Part shown: one piece after another, positions 1 through 11,717 of the stretch
Position numbering within the stretch: the stretch's first letter is position 1
Layout: every line of letters begins with the position of its first letter
NCBI RefSeq assembly: GCF_009914755.1
Contig: NC_060933.1
DNA from: the human T2T-CHM13v2.0 reference genome, Homo sapiens
Direction: 5' to 3' (one strand)
DNA: 64,000 nt
The notes under the pieces: generated by a model
Database searches by the model: none
What the model was told of the DNA's origin: nothing
The model's input: the letters and a program-made list of their open reading frames with translations, nothing else
Made by a program: the position numbers and the translations under genes

Positions 1-59
1 AAGGCAAAAGCATGAAGAAGTTAAGTCAGTAGCTAAAGACACAAACTCAGAGTGAACAC

Positions 60-210
60 TGAAATGCTTTTCAGCATGTATTATCTCATTGAATCCTAAT
101 AAGAAGCTTATGAGGTAGGCACTACAGTATTACTCATATTTTATAGGTGAGGAGGTTCTAGAACTGGTCTAACATTAAACTGATAGTATCAAAGCCAGGA
201 TTTGAATGCT
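60..210 (-). mobile_element. MIR SINE fragment
   Basis: attatctcattgaatcctaa..tatgaggtaggcacta..ttttataggtgagg..gccaggatttgaa is the reverse complement of the MIR core. Confidence 0.7.
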
Positions 211-264
211 GCCCGCAGCAGGCCATTGGAGCCTTTGCTTTGACTGCTGCCCTGAGCTGCCACC

Positions 265-276
265 CAAGATGGCGGC
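265..276 (+). promoter_or_regulatory. YY1 consensus motif
   Basis: CAAGATGGCGGC, a full match to the long YY1 consensus, in non-repeat sequence. Confidence 0.45.
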
Positions 277-774
277 AGCGTCTCGCACTTTTCCCATGAG
301 CACACTGTGCAGGTGGTCTCAGCAGCCTGAGTGTGAGCCACAGACTGATTCCATTGCAATGGGAAAGCTTGAGACAAGCCAGGAGGCCTACCTCCTTTTG
401 AGAGTCTTTCAAGCCTGGATTCAGTGCATAGAAATACCCAACATAAAATTTAATGGAACGAGTAACATTCCCATGGGGAAGAAGCTGTTGTGTCTCAGTG
501 GAAACTAACCTTGTGGGAGGGTGCTGTTATGTCTGCACATTGGAGAGGAAGATAGTTTTCTTTGGGCATGAGTGAAAATAAGTAAATGTTATATAAATTG
601 TCTTGGGTGAAACTCCTAAGAGCCACGTGGACAAGGCTCAGGCTACACCAGGGACCAGCATGAGTATGTTTATATATGTGCGGAAATAGGAAATGCTAAT
701 CTAACCTATGCTGTTCTTTAGGGAATTTTGTCATTTAATTAGAACCCACTCTGTGAAGTAATAAAAATGATCTT

Positions 775-945
775 TGCATTTGTGCAGTACTTTATAATTT
801 ATGAAAACCTTGTATATGCTACCTTCTTCCTGAGGTGTGTAGAGCAAATCTTATACGCTTTACAGGTGAGTATTCAGAGCTATCCAAGCTTACACAGATA
901 GAGGTGGAAGAGTTGTAGTAAATCCCAGCCTCTCCTGACTCCCAA
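775..945 (-). mobile_element. MIR/MIR3-like fragment
   Basis: tttacaggtgag..ccaagcttacacag..aaatcccagcctctcctgactccca is a degenerate reverse MIR. Confidence 0.5.
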
Positions 946-949
946 TTCT

Positions 950-1294
950 TGTATTAGTCCGTTTTCACCGTGCTGATAAAGACATACCCGAGACTGGGTA
1001 ATTTATAAGGAAAAAGAGGTTTAATGGACTTATAGTTCCACGTGGCTGGGGAGGCCTCACAATCATGGCAGAAGGTGAAAGGCACATCTCACATGGCAAC
1101 AGACTGGAAATGAGAGCTTGTGCAGGGAAACTCCCCTTTATAAAACCATCAGATCTCGTGAGACTGATTCACTATCACAAGAACAGCATGGGAAAGACAT
1201 GTCCCCGTGATTCAATTACCTCCTACCATGTCCCTCCCACAACACGTGGGAATTCAAGATGAGATTTGGGTGGGGACACAGCAAAACCGTATCA
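950..1294 (-). mobile_element. THE1 (THE1A/B-type) MaLR solo LTR
   Basis: Runs tgtattagtccgttttcac..gatttgggtggggacacagcaaaaccgtatca, the reverse complement of a complete THE1 LTR. Confidence 0.95.
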
Positions 1295-2604
1295 CTTGTG
1301 TTAGTGGTACATCCAGCCTTGGAAGGGTGCTTTGATACGGGCTGAAACTGCAACTAAGATCCTGCTGGACTAAAATCTTCTGGCTGGGAGGAGAGGAGTG
1401 AGCTTGGATGTGTCTCTATGGAATATGCCCTTGTTAGGATTTCACTTTCGGCCTCTTTCATTCTTGAAATTCTCACCAAGGGGTCAGCTAGTGAGTTTAT
1501 GGCTTTCATCTGATTCTATTCTCAGTCCTGCATAGACCTGGGTATACGCTGTTGGCCTAGGCTGGCTGTGCCGTGGGCTTACAGAGAAGTGCTCATTGGC
1601 TTTTCGTTGGATTCGCCTCTCCATGCCTTTTCTTGCCTGGGAGCATTACAGCCTTGAGTACCAGGCTTGGAGTGTGGGGCCAGTGGCCAAGGAGGCCACC
1701 ACCCTGCTTTTGGTCCAGGCCTTTTAGGCCGACCTGCACAGCATGGGCAAAAAGTCCTTGCAATGATTTACATACTATCCAGTCCAGCTTCCCAAGGATC
1801 CCTCAGAGGGGTTAGAGACTCAAACCCAAGCCCTGTAGAAACAGGCACTGTGATTCATGTGGGGACCATCCCCATCCATGTTCCTTGTGGACTTGTGTTA
1901 TTGGTATGCAGCTGTCAGAGAACTGGAGAATTTAAGATCCTGGTCATTCATCTGTTATCTTATATCTCAGAGATGCAGATGACACCCTGCTTCTAAAATT
2001 CCATGTTAAGGCCTAAAAAATCATTTGCGTGGTATATTGGTGCTGAGGAAGGGTTCAACTTGGCTGAGTCTGTGAAGCTGCCCACTGGATAGGTGACACT
2101 TTGGGCCCATGCAGGGTCATTGCTGTGTCTGGGAGTGCCAAGGCAGGCCTTACCCAGCATGCATAAGGGTCACACACCTCCCTGCTACTTATTTGTACCT
2201 CTGAGTATTTCAGTCTTCAGCTTATTGGGACAAAGAGCAGCTACTCTGACAAACTTTAAAATGCTCTGAGAAATAGAGCAGTTATCATGGAAAAAAAAAG
2301 TCATCATAGAAAAAGCTAAGTGAGGGGGGTTGTGGGTTATAGTTTGTCAATATTTAAAGGAAAACCAGGGCCCAGTAGAATTGTTTCTATATTTCTTTGG
2401 GGGCTACTCAATGCTTTGGGGTCACTGCTGGCCCCTTTGAACTCTCCACATTTCACCACTGATCCCATTTGGGAATGTTGATGAACTTGCTTGGCAGTAA
2501 GAGTTGGTCATTCTGTGGCATGAAATTGACTGAGACAGCAGATGGACATTGATGCACAGAGACGGTGGTCCCAAGGGCTGTCATTGTGGTGGGGTAGTTA
2601 CCAG

Positions 2605-2812
2605 CATGGATTTTGGTGTCAGGAAGACCTGGCGCAAGTCCTGGCCTTTCCGTTGGTATCTGTATGATGTCACTGTACCTTGGTTTCCTCACCTGTAAGA
2701 TGGGGCTAATGATCATACCCACTTCAGTGTCTTGTTGTGATGGTTCTTTTAGAGGTTTCTTGGGAAATGCTCAGAGACAGCATGCATTAAGCACTCACAA
2801 ACTTTCCTATTT
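2605..2812 (+). mobile_element. MIR SINE
   Basis: ccttggtttcctcacctgtaagatggggctaatgatcatacccacttca..gttgtga is the MIR core. Confidence 0.8.
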
Positions 2813-3909
2813 ATAATAAGCAAACCAACAAATCATAACTTATGCATCTTTAAACAGAAAGTGAACACAAAGAGTGAAAGGAGAATTTTGTTAGCCACAG
2901 CATTTTTGTCAAACTAGGAAATTAGATAAATACTAGGAAATCAGATAAATGTTGTAACTCCTGAGTTTTCAATGCATGAAGATAGTATTAATAATAAAAA
3001 ATGGATTATTTGTAGTAAGCAGGAGTAGTAAACTCAACAGGTCAGGGGGCCAGCATGCAATGTAAATGAGGGACACAGATTGAGTCGAAAGTATTGGTCC
3101 CTAGAGAGCAGATGCCACCTCTCAGTTAAGATGCAGTTAATTTATGCCTTGTGAGAACGTGGGTCTTATGTTGTTACATCAACTCATTTTCAAGAGAAGC
3201 CAGAAATCTGATTTTTAACATGTGAGATCTCCCACTTAAAAAAGAACAGTATTAACTAGTTTAAAAACTTTAAAAAGATTGGCAGTCACAACACAATTCC
3301 TTTTGATCAAGAGGCCGACATTTTGTGACCTTTAGATATAGACAGAGCTTTGAACTTTACAGGATGCTTTCCTTATGCATTGATTTATTTGGATTTCATA
3401 AGGATACTGTGAAGTAAGCCTATCAGCACCCCTGAGATATTTCATAATGTTGTAATATCGGGTTGCATTTTCACCAGAGCTTTGTGAGTTTGGTGTCCAG
3501 ATGTTTGGATCATTGGATAAATGGTGCTTATTTGCGATATCTTTTGACATTAAATGAGCCCTTGCAAATCACTGACATTATTGAAACTCAGAATACTCAC
3601 ATCTAGATAGGTAATTGCTCTCTAACTCAACCAAAACAAATCTAAACCACATCAAGTCAGCACCTTAATTTGGGAAATTCCTCTTATTAGAAAAGAATCT
3701 TTAAGAACCTATACTCAAGGTATGCAAATCTGAAATGCAAACCTGATATGAAGCCCAAGCCTAACTCATGTCAGTCAGGATGTTTGAGTTGATCCTGATT
3801 TATTATTAGCCTCAAGTAATGGACATTGTAGGGAGATTCTGCTGGGCTCAGGACTCATAGTAGCAGCAACTGCCATTTGACCGATGTTTTTGTCATATAT
3901 GGTATAGAA

Positions 3910-4093
3910 CAGTAATTCTCAAACGTTAGTGCATTAGGATCACCTGGAGGGTTCCTTAAAACACAGATTGCAAGAGCACACTCCCAGAGTGTCTAATTCT
4001 GTAGGTCTAGGGTGATGTGGCCTGAGAATTTGTATTTCTAAGAAGTTCCCAGCTGCAACTGCTATTCTGGGGAACACACTTTGAAAACGACTG
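3910..4093. mobile_element. MER5A hAT-Charlie MITE
   Basis: cagtaattctcaaa..atcacctggaggg..gtaggtctaggg..cctgagaatttgtatttctaagaagttcccag..cacactttgaaaacgactg, with terminal inverted repeats. Confidence 0.9.
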
Positions 4094-4282
4094 GTGAAGT
4101 GTAGGAGATCAATAGTAAAGGAAGATTATGACCTGGGTCCTGATGTGCATCACATGCCCATTGTGATATGCCCAGGAGTTTGTGTGGTGTGTATATTCTG
4201 AAGAGGTGAAATAGAATAAAAGGCCAAATTTAGTCTTGATTAATGAGAGCCTTAAACATAGCCCAGTTTGGAAGTCATGCAA

Positions 4283-4424
4283 GCCGGGTGCGGTGGCGCA
4301 CTCCCATAGTCCCAGCTACTTGGGAGGCTGAGGTGGGAAGATCGCTTAAGCCCAGGAGTTCAAGGCTGCAGTGAGCTATGATCACTGCCACTGCACTCCA
4401 GACTGGGCAAGAGTGACACCCTGT
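4283..4424 (+). mobile_element. Alu right monomer (FRAM-like) lacking a poly(A) tail
   Basis: gccgggtgcggtggcgc..agtcccagctacttgggaggctgaggtgggaagatcgctt..gagctatgatc..ccactgcactccag. Confidence 0.9.
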
Positions 4425-7400
4425 GTAACTGTGTCCTTCTCACATTACACTGGCTAATCAAGAAGAGGTCTTTGCTTATCTCGGGAACTTGCTTTAATCT
4501 ATTTAAATAAAGTGAGATATCTGTTGGTTACTTGACAACACCGGTTTGGAAGGTTTGCCCAGGATTGGCTGGGCAGGTTGAGAGAGTTTGCCTGGGATTG
4601 ACTGACTGAAACTATGGGCTACAAAATTCCCTTGGGGAGGCCTTAGAGGACACCTCAGTGAGATAAGAAGTCATGCAGTAGAGAAGATATCCAGCAACAC
4701 CATGACAGCCCCATTGAGAGAGGCTTGCCATACATATGATGGTGTATAGATGAAGACATCAAATAGCAGATCAGCCCATCAAGCCTGGTGGCCCCTTCTC
4801 CAGCCTGCAGGTGCTAATTCGCGATGTGATTGCTTCTCACGTGGGCAACTCCAATAGGATGCCAGGAGAAGCAGCAACTGATGTTCATTTACTTAATGAT
4901 GGTTAATATTTTATGAAGCCAGTCTGTGTATATGCAAGTATGACTTGTTATTGGCATATCAAGGACAAGTTTATTCTTCCAAGGATGTCATGCAGGCTTC
5001 CCTCACTTGTCTTTGTACCATGCATTTTTTGAGCTAACCCTTCATTTTTGGAAGGATTCTGCCTCACCGGATCTCTTATATATCTTAAAACACAAAGCAC
5101 AGAGGCTGCACTGTACAGGATGAGGCCTAAGAGAACGTGGAGACTGTAGGGGATGGGCCACACAGCATGGCGGAGTTTGTAGAGGAAAGGTTGCTCATAA
5201 GTGCTCTGGGTTTGGGAGAAGACCACACAGCTGAGATCTATTTCTGACAGGAAATGCCGGCAGGAGCAGAGGGTGGTGTGGGGCAGTGCGTGTTGGAGCT
5301 ACAGTGCCCTTGGTTAATTATTATCTCAGTATTTCTCATTAGTCTCTTGTTGAATTAAAATGCTCAAAAGGAGATTATTAAATACACACAGAAAGGGAGA
5401 CAGACTGACAGACACAGAGACAAGACTACACCCTATTTACATAATGCTTGAACATATATTAAAAATACTTTGGATTACTCTTTGACCCTAGTATCACTGT
5501 TTCTATAGGATCATATAAGTTTAGCTAGAAGAAAAGAATAGAGAATCTGTACCTTTCTTTTGCATAAGATCGAAGGGGAAAGAAAAGCCATGTGAGGCCC
5601 AAGATAAAAGCCCCAGCTGTAGATGAAAAAGCTGTGGGCCAGACGTCGGAACACATCTTCCTGTCCATCATTTCCCTTGTGGAAGCCTATTTCATTACCC
5701 TGCAGGCTTTTAGGCTCTAGACAGCTTTGCAATACCAAATATCTTGAAGGCATTTGTAAAACCTACTCTTACTTTTTTCCTGGAAAAAAAAAATTATACT
5801 GGTTTACTTACTATTCTAGGTGGGTGGGATTTTTCCCCCCTCTGCTAAATTATAACCAGTCATCTAAGTATTCACTTTATTTTTAAATTCAGGGCTGAAA
5901 CTTAAAACCTTGAGGGTTACCAAAAAATGTTATTCTTAAGAGAAAAACATGCTTGAAAACTTAACCCCTTTGGTGGCAGGCAGGGGATTTTCTTTGTCTG
6001 TGTTTGAGTGCTAATGTCGACAACTTTGAGGCCAATAAATACCAAATGGGGCTCTAGGATTTGGGCAACTGTGATAGTGTGTGTGTCCTGCATGTCACAT
6101 GAGAAAGAGAGAGGCCGGGATTTAAGAAAGGTGCCTCTTGGCTGGGTGGCATGAACTCAGTCAGCTGGCTTTCCCCAGGCACCTGATTGGCCTTAAACAC
6201 TGAGTTTTTGTGGTGTGACTTGACATACATCTTGGGCTGATATCACGTGCTGTTTCTACTGGGGTGGGAAGTGCTTTGAAAATGTCCTTGCTCCAGTGGA
6301 ACTGTGAGACATATCTAAAAAGCTTAAGGCTAATATGAGTGATGCTAAAAGGAAGTCCTGCTTATCCAGGTAAGCAAAAGCATACTCTAGGATAGCAGTG
6401 CTCCTGTAACCTGCATGGCCTATTTTTCTTTTCCAGGTGGTATGCAGGCAGTCTTGTTCATGAACATTGATGTCTGAGCATGTGTGTTCAAAATTCAGTG
6501 TTGTTAATCAAATAAAACTCACCACAAAACCCGAAGGATATTTAACAATAGATGAGATAGGTTTGGCGGAGATGGGTCAGAAGACAGAGGAGGTCCTGGA
6601 GGCAGCAGTAGAATGTACTTTCCAATCTTACTGGTGACTAGAGATAAGACACTAGTAGCCTGTTTACTCCCCATCCTTATTTACACTGGAGTGAGAATGA
6701 TATATGTCAGATCAGTATTGGATGCGATGAGGGAGAATGAAGAGAAAATATTGACTCTGAAAAATACAGACAAGAGGAGGCAAAGTTGAAAGTAATGTAA
6801 ACTGCTTAATCACCTGCCTTTCTCTCTTTCCACCGTCATCTCTTTCTACTTGACATGTTCCTGCTTTTGCCTCTGGATGGTTCTATCTCTCATCCCCTCT
6901 CAGCCTGGGTCCACAGAGAAAAGCAGGAAGCAGCCTGGCATGGCAGTGGAGGGAGCCTTTTCCAGCCTTCCTCCAGCAGAAGTGCGCCCTCTCCCCTATA
7001 GGGAGATAGGGCACCCCAGGCTTCAGAAAGCAAGGGAAAGATGGTACTTCATCATGTAGCTTTTCTTAAGGGGTTGGAGGGAAGGGCTCCCAGTTCCGGA
7101 GAGGGTCCATGTGCCAGCCACCCTGCTGAATGCCTTATGTTAGGGGGGTGAGATCTCAGATGTGCACAGGTACCAGGTTGACTTGGCTGAGCTTTTGGGA
7201 CTGTGGTAGCCAAGAGAGGGCAGACTCCTGAGGGGACAGAGAGTGCTCAACTCCAACTGATGGGCACTGTGTGGGAATTTGAGCCCAGGGTCTCCTGCTT
7301 TTCCAAGAGAACCTGGAAATCCAATTTTGAAGGAAGTCTGTTGATGTTTAAATGCTCACAACAGTTTAAATACTGTATGGGCCAAACCAAACATAACACA

Positions 7401-7789
7401 GATTTTAACACAGTGTAGGCTGGATTTGTTCCCTGTCTCAATGACCCTCCCCCTCTACCCCCAGCCTGGGCCACCAGTTTTCCACGTCTGCATGTCACAA
7501 CCTATTTTATTTAATTACAAAACCAATAGTATGTGGGAATGGGGGCTGGGGGGTTGGTACAGTATAAAGCTATGTGAGTTGTAGATACACTTATGTATGT
7601 TGGGCACCTTGGTGGGATCCATACCCTATAAGAAAACCATAGTCTTGGGTCAGAGTCAGGGCTGCTACTTAAATCAGTTCCTTATCCAGCATGCTGGATG
7701 AACTCATCAGTTCTCTGTAAGAAGTAAAAACTACAAGCACTCTTTAAAAAAAATGAAAATGAATGAAGAGAAAAATAGACTTATTAAAT

Positions 7790-7916
7790 TCTTTAATTTG
7801 GAAGACTGGGTCTCGCTATGTTGCTCAGGTTGGTCCTGAACTCTTGGGCTCAAGCGATCCTTCCACCTCAGCTTCCTAAGTAGCTGGGATTATAGGCATG
7901 TGCCATTGCTCCCAGC
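7790..7916 (-). mobile_element. FLAM Alu monomer
   Basis: gggtctcgctatgttgctcagg..ctcaagcgatccttccacctcagc..gtagctgggattataggc. Confidence 0.9.
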
Positions 7917-8030
7917 ACTAAAATTGACTTTCTTGATGTACAGCTCTCTCAATTTGAACACATGCGTAGATTTGTGCAATCACTGGTATACTCAGGCAAC
8001 AGAACAGTTCCATCACCCCCAAAAGTCTCC
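7917..8030 (-). mobile_element. Old L1M 3' fragment
   Basis: gtacagctct..ttgaacacatgcgtagatttgtgcaatcac..acagaacagttccatcacccccaaaa is a typical reverse L1M 3'UTR. Confidence 0.7.
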
Positions 8031-8284
8031 CAGGAAGGCTGATTTTAAAACTCTAACTGGAATCTAAGTCATTCTGCTTGGGGCTACCTTATACCCTGAC
8101 TTTGAAGACCCTAAAAATCAGTTGAGGGTGGGAGGGTTGACCAGAACATGAAACTTGGGTTCCCAGCCATTGGTGGGGAACTGTTTCATAATGAGCACCC
8201 TACCATACCTATATAACAAGTTTTTGCTTCTTCCTAATACATACCTTCTGCTCCAGCCTGGGTCGTCTTTTCACTATCCCCTAC

Positions 8285-8422
8285 TAGGGTTGTTCCATTT
8301 AGCAACTAAATGTATAGGATGCCCAGTGATTCCATGGGGACATATTTATATTAAAATATTATTTGTTGTTGATCTGAAATTCACATTTAACAGGACATTC
8401 CATATTTTATCTGGCAAGCCCA
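8285..8422. mobile_element. MER53 palindromic MITE, internally deleted
   Basis: tagggttg..ataggatgcccagt / ggggacatatttatattaaaa..atctgaaattcacatttaacaggacattccatattttatctggcaagccc. Confidence 0.85.
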
Positions 8423-8527
8423 TCCTCTTCACATTCATGCCACATTCTCATGTAAGTTCAAAACCTACTTTCTCTGTGTTTCACCAAAGGGTGAAAATAC
8501 TCTTTGAAAATACTCTTTGATTTTATT

Positions 8528-8560
8528 ACACTTAATCTTAGCCAAAGGCCAAGAAGCGAT
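8528..8560 (-). pseudogene. 3'-truncated U2 snRNA retropseudogene (first ~33 nt of U2)
   Basis: Reverse complement ATCGCTTCTTGGCCTTTGGCTAAGATTAAGTGT matches the U2 5' end; flanked by duplicated ctttgatttta (8515-8525 and 8567-8577). Confidence 0.9.
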
Positions 8561-9160
8561 TGTATGCTTTGATTTTAAATAGTAGCATGTTTATAGGGAG
8601 ATAGGGCAAGTGTTGGAAGGATAAGAGTGCTTTCTATACACATAAATGGATTTTCAAGAAATGTTTTGTGACCAACTGGTTTTATCCTTTCCAGAGAACA
8701 AGAAATGATCTAATATGTGCTCAAGGAAGGAGGACAACTGGATTTCAGAAATTGGTTCATGTTACAGCCCCTCCTCTACCCTTTTTCTCTGGCCTGACCT
8801 TTGAATAATATAAGTCTGAAAAGACTAAACAAAGAGATTGCTCAAACTGGATGAGTTTAAAAATAACATTGGAATGCTAGCCTTCAGCAAGCCATATATC
8901 TTATACTGCACTGAGCAGGACAGTGCCCTGTGGTGGGTAGAAGATGAGTCACACAGTGATCACAACCAGATCCTTCCCAGCCTGGATACTTTGGTGGAGA
9001 GTGGTGTGATGGCTGATTTATTTGTCTTGTTTGTTTGTTGTTTCATTTTTCCATTTTACTAGTGTGATTTCAGAATCACAAGGAGGCAAGGAGGAAAATT
9101 GATTTTAGATAGCAGCTTCAGAATGAAAAATGAGTGGAAATTCCACTTTTCGGTCTAGAC

Positions 9161-9495
9161 CAGGGACCAGCAAACAATAGCCCGTGGGCCAAATTCAGCC
9201 TGCAGCCTCTTTTCATAAGGCCTATGAGCAGTGCCTGGTTTTTATATTTTTACAAATTTGAAAAAATTCAAAAAAGGATCTTTTATGACTCATGAGATTT
9301 GTATGAAATTCAAATGTCAGCATCCATAAATAAACTTTTACCAGAGCATAACCATGCCCATTCATGTATGTGTTGTCTATGGCTAAGTTTGTGCTATAAT
9401 GGCAGAGGTGAATAATTAAAACAGAGACTCTATGGCCTGTAAAGCCAAAAATATTTACTATCTGACCATTTGGAGAAAAACTTTGCCAACCCCTG
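9161..9495 (+). mobile_element. MER58B hAT-Charlie element
   Basis: cagggaccagcaaac..ggccaaattcagcc..atgaaattcaaatgtcag..ccatgcccattcat..aatatttactatctg..tttgccaacccctg. Confidence 0.9.
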
Positions 9496-9733
9496 CTTTC
9501 TACATGGCGTATTTCAATGGCTGTATTTGCGATGAAGGCTCCAGGAGCCTTTTATCTAAAGAAATCACTATTGCCTCATTGCTTACAGTCCAGAACAATA
9601 AAGCATCTCAGACATCCTTTTCACTGTTTTCTGGGCTTACCATGATGAGAGGTTTTGTTTACCGAAGCTGGCATGTGAGTTTTGCCGCTGTGGAATTTTC
9701 TCATTATATCCTTTGCTATCTAAGCCAACTGCA

Positions 9734-9758
9734 TGTTGTTGTTGTTGTTGTTGTTGTT
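9734..9758. repeat. (GTT)n microsatellite
   Basis: About 8 perfect GTT units. Confidence 0.95.
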
Positions 9759-10545
9759 TTTTGAAAACCAGAAAATCTGATCTCTTAAGGTTAACAGTTT
9801 GGCCCATCTGAAATAAGTCCATACAATTAAAAACATTTCTTTCTATTGACAGGGACTGAGGGTTGAGGGAAAGCACTGCAGATTTTCCAGGTGTATTTTT
9901 TTTTTTTTTTTGCTCCCTGGATTTTGCCTGAACCCTCACTTTTCTCTTTCAGGGAACTTTAAGCACACTTAGTGAAAGACTAAAGGTCAGAGAGCACACC
10001 AGCCACATTCCCTGAGTCCAAGCAGGGAGCCAGAGAGGAGTGGTTTCTGGCCAGCCTTCCCTGTTCAGTTACCTCATGGAACCCTTGGGACCAGGGCCTT
10101 GATTTACAAATAGAGTGGCCACCAGGTAAAAGTTGCCCATGGCCAGTGGTAGCAGGATCGACCCTAGTGTCTCTGAATCATTAAGTACTTCCTTTCTGCC
10201 CTCTTCCATTTCTTACTCAAAAACACCAGCTACAATTTTGAGTCTGGTCTGCCTGGAAATTTCCAAAGGGACTTTGGTGCCTTAATAAATATTTTCAAAT
10301 TGCTCAAGGTTTTGGAAGATAGCAGAGCCATAATTGTGAAATCGGGTTAAAGAATGATTGCTGCAGTACTTGCGTCGGCCCTGTGGCCATGCTGAAGTGG
10401 ACAGGGTTGTGGACACTCACAATTGCTCACTGCAGATGGACAGCCTTTGCTTTTCTGGTCATACATATGCTTGATCCTGAAATTCTCTAGATGGGCTACT
10501 TCTGAGCAGCTGCTTGGAGAATGGGAAGCCAACCCTATAGTGTAA

Positions 10546-10761
10546 GGTTTCTTAACTGAAGTACCATTAACACTTTGGGATAGATAATTTTCTGCTGTCT
10601 GTGGGGCCGATCTTTTGCATTATAGGATGTTAGTGGCATCCTTGGTCTCTATCCATTAAATGCTAGTAGCACACCCCACTCTTCATTGTGACAATCAAGA
10701 AGGTCTCCAGACATTGCCAAATATCCTTTGGGGAAAAAAATAACCCCTTTGAAAATCACTG
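10546..10761 (-). mobile_element. MER20 hAT element
   Basis: cattataggatgttagtggcatccttggtctctatccattaaatgctagtagcac..ttgtgacaatc..gtctccagacattgccaaatatcc. Confidence 0.9.
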
Positions 10762-10920
10762 ATGTAGTATAACATAAAGGTTACCTGACCAAATGTACTT
10801 CCCATTCTTTTACCATTAGGGATTTATCCCTTTAAGTCTTCACTCTCATCATTAGGGATTAATTTCTTTAAATGTCAAAGTCTTTTTTATTTTCTAGAAT
10901 CCCTCACGACAATATTGATT

Positions 10921-10989
10921 TAACTAACCTGCACGTTGTGCACGTGTACCCTAAAACTTAAAGTATAATAAAAAATAAAATTAAAAAAA
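10921..10989 (+). mobile_element. Very short young L1PA 3' tip with A-rich tail
   Basis: taactaacctgcacgttgtgcacgtgtaccctaaaacttaaagtataataaaaaataaaa. Confidence 0.9.
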
Positions 10990-11454
10990 TGGTAAATCCT
11001 TAAGCTTGGGATGGCAGATGGTTTTCAGCTCCTATGTGAACTCTAACTGATAGAAAGTGTCCATCTATAGTGCCGCCGTGGGAAGATCTTTGAAGCTGCA
11101 TTTTAGGTGTTGGAGAAAGGACATTAAGACAGATTAGAGCTGTCTTCCATGGGCAAGAGATGAGGGAGTTGGCATACACGTGTAAGGAACCTTCTTACCT
11201 AACATTTCTGCGGAGATTCACTATAGTCAGGCCTTAGGCTGGTGCTGTAGTTCAGCCTTACTGCTGAGCCCTGTGCCAGGGCACTGTTCACACAAGGTCC
11301 CTGTAGCCTTGTGTATTTGTTAGGGCAATTTTCCAGCAGGTTTTGAGGAAAGGGCACCTTTTCTAGATCACAGAGTGCCATATGGGCGAGCAGAGGTGCT
11401 GTACTCTGTTGATGGGAATAGAAGTCAGGGAACAAAAAGAGAGGGGCAAAGAAT

Positions 11455-11570
11455 ATAACTTCCTGTCTGTCTCTCCTGCCTGACTGTAAACTTCTTGAGG
11501 CCAATGACTATGTCATATTCACCATTATCTACTCTCCGCCTGTCACAACACATTTTGCATAGTGTCAAAG
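11455..11570 (+). mobile_element. L2 3' fragment
   Basis: ctgtctgtctctcctgcctgactgtaaacttcttgaggccaatgactatgtc. Confidence 0.65.
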
Positions 11571-11717
11571 CAAGTTTAGTGACTTTTAGCAGAGTTCTTG
11601 TTCTGTATCTTGGACTCCTTAGCAGTCTTGTGGAACCTATGGGTCGCTTTTCAGAATAGTGCTTAAATGCACAAAATAAAATATTTAGGATTAAAAATAT
11701 AACCAATGAAATTTATA

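Noticed and set aside
8285-8422. miR-1302-like hairpin from MER53
   Set aside because: Most of the left arm is deleted and the mature-like sequence (ggggacatatttatattaaa) differs from miR-1302 as I recall it, so the hairpin is not supported.
9935-10131. Possible + strand exon (tttctctttcag|ggaac ... ccag|gtaaaa)
   Set aside because: Weak donor, no ORF or other support; such pairs are common by chance.
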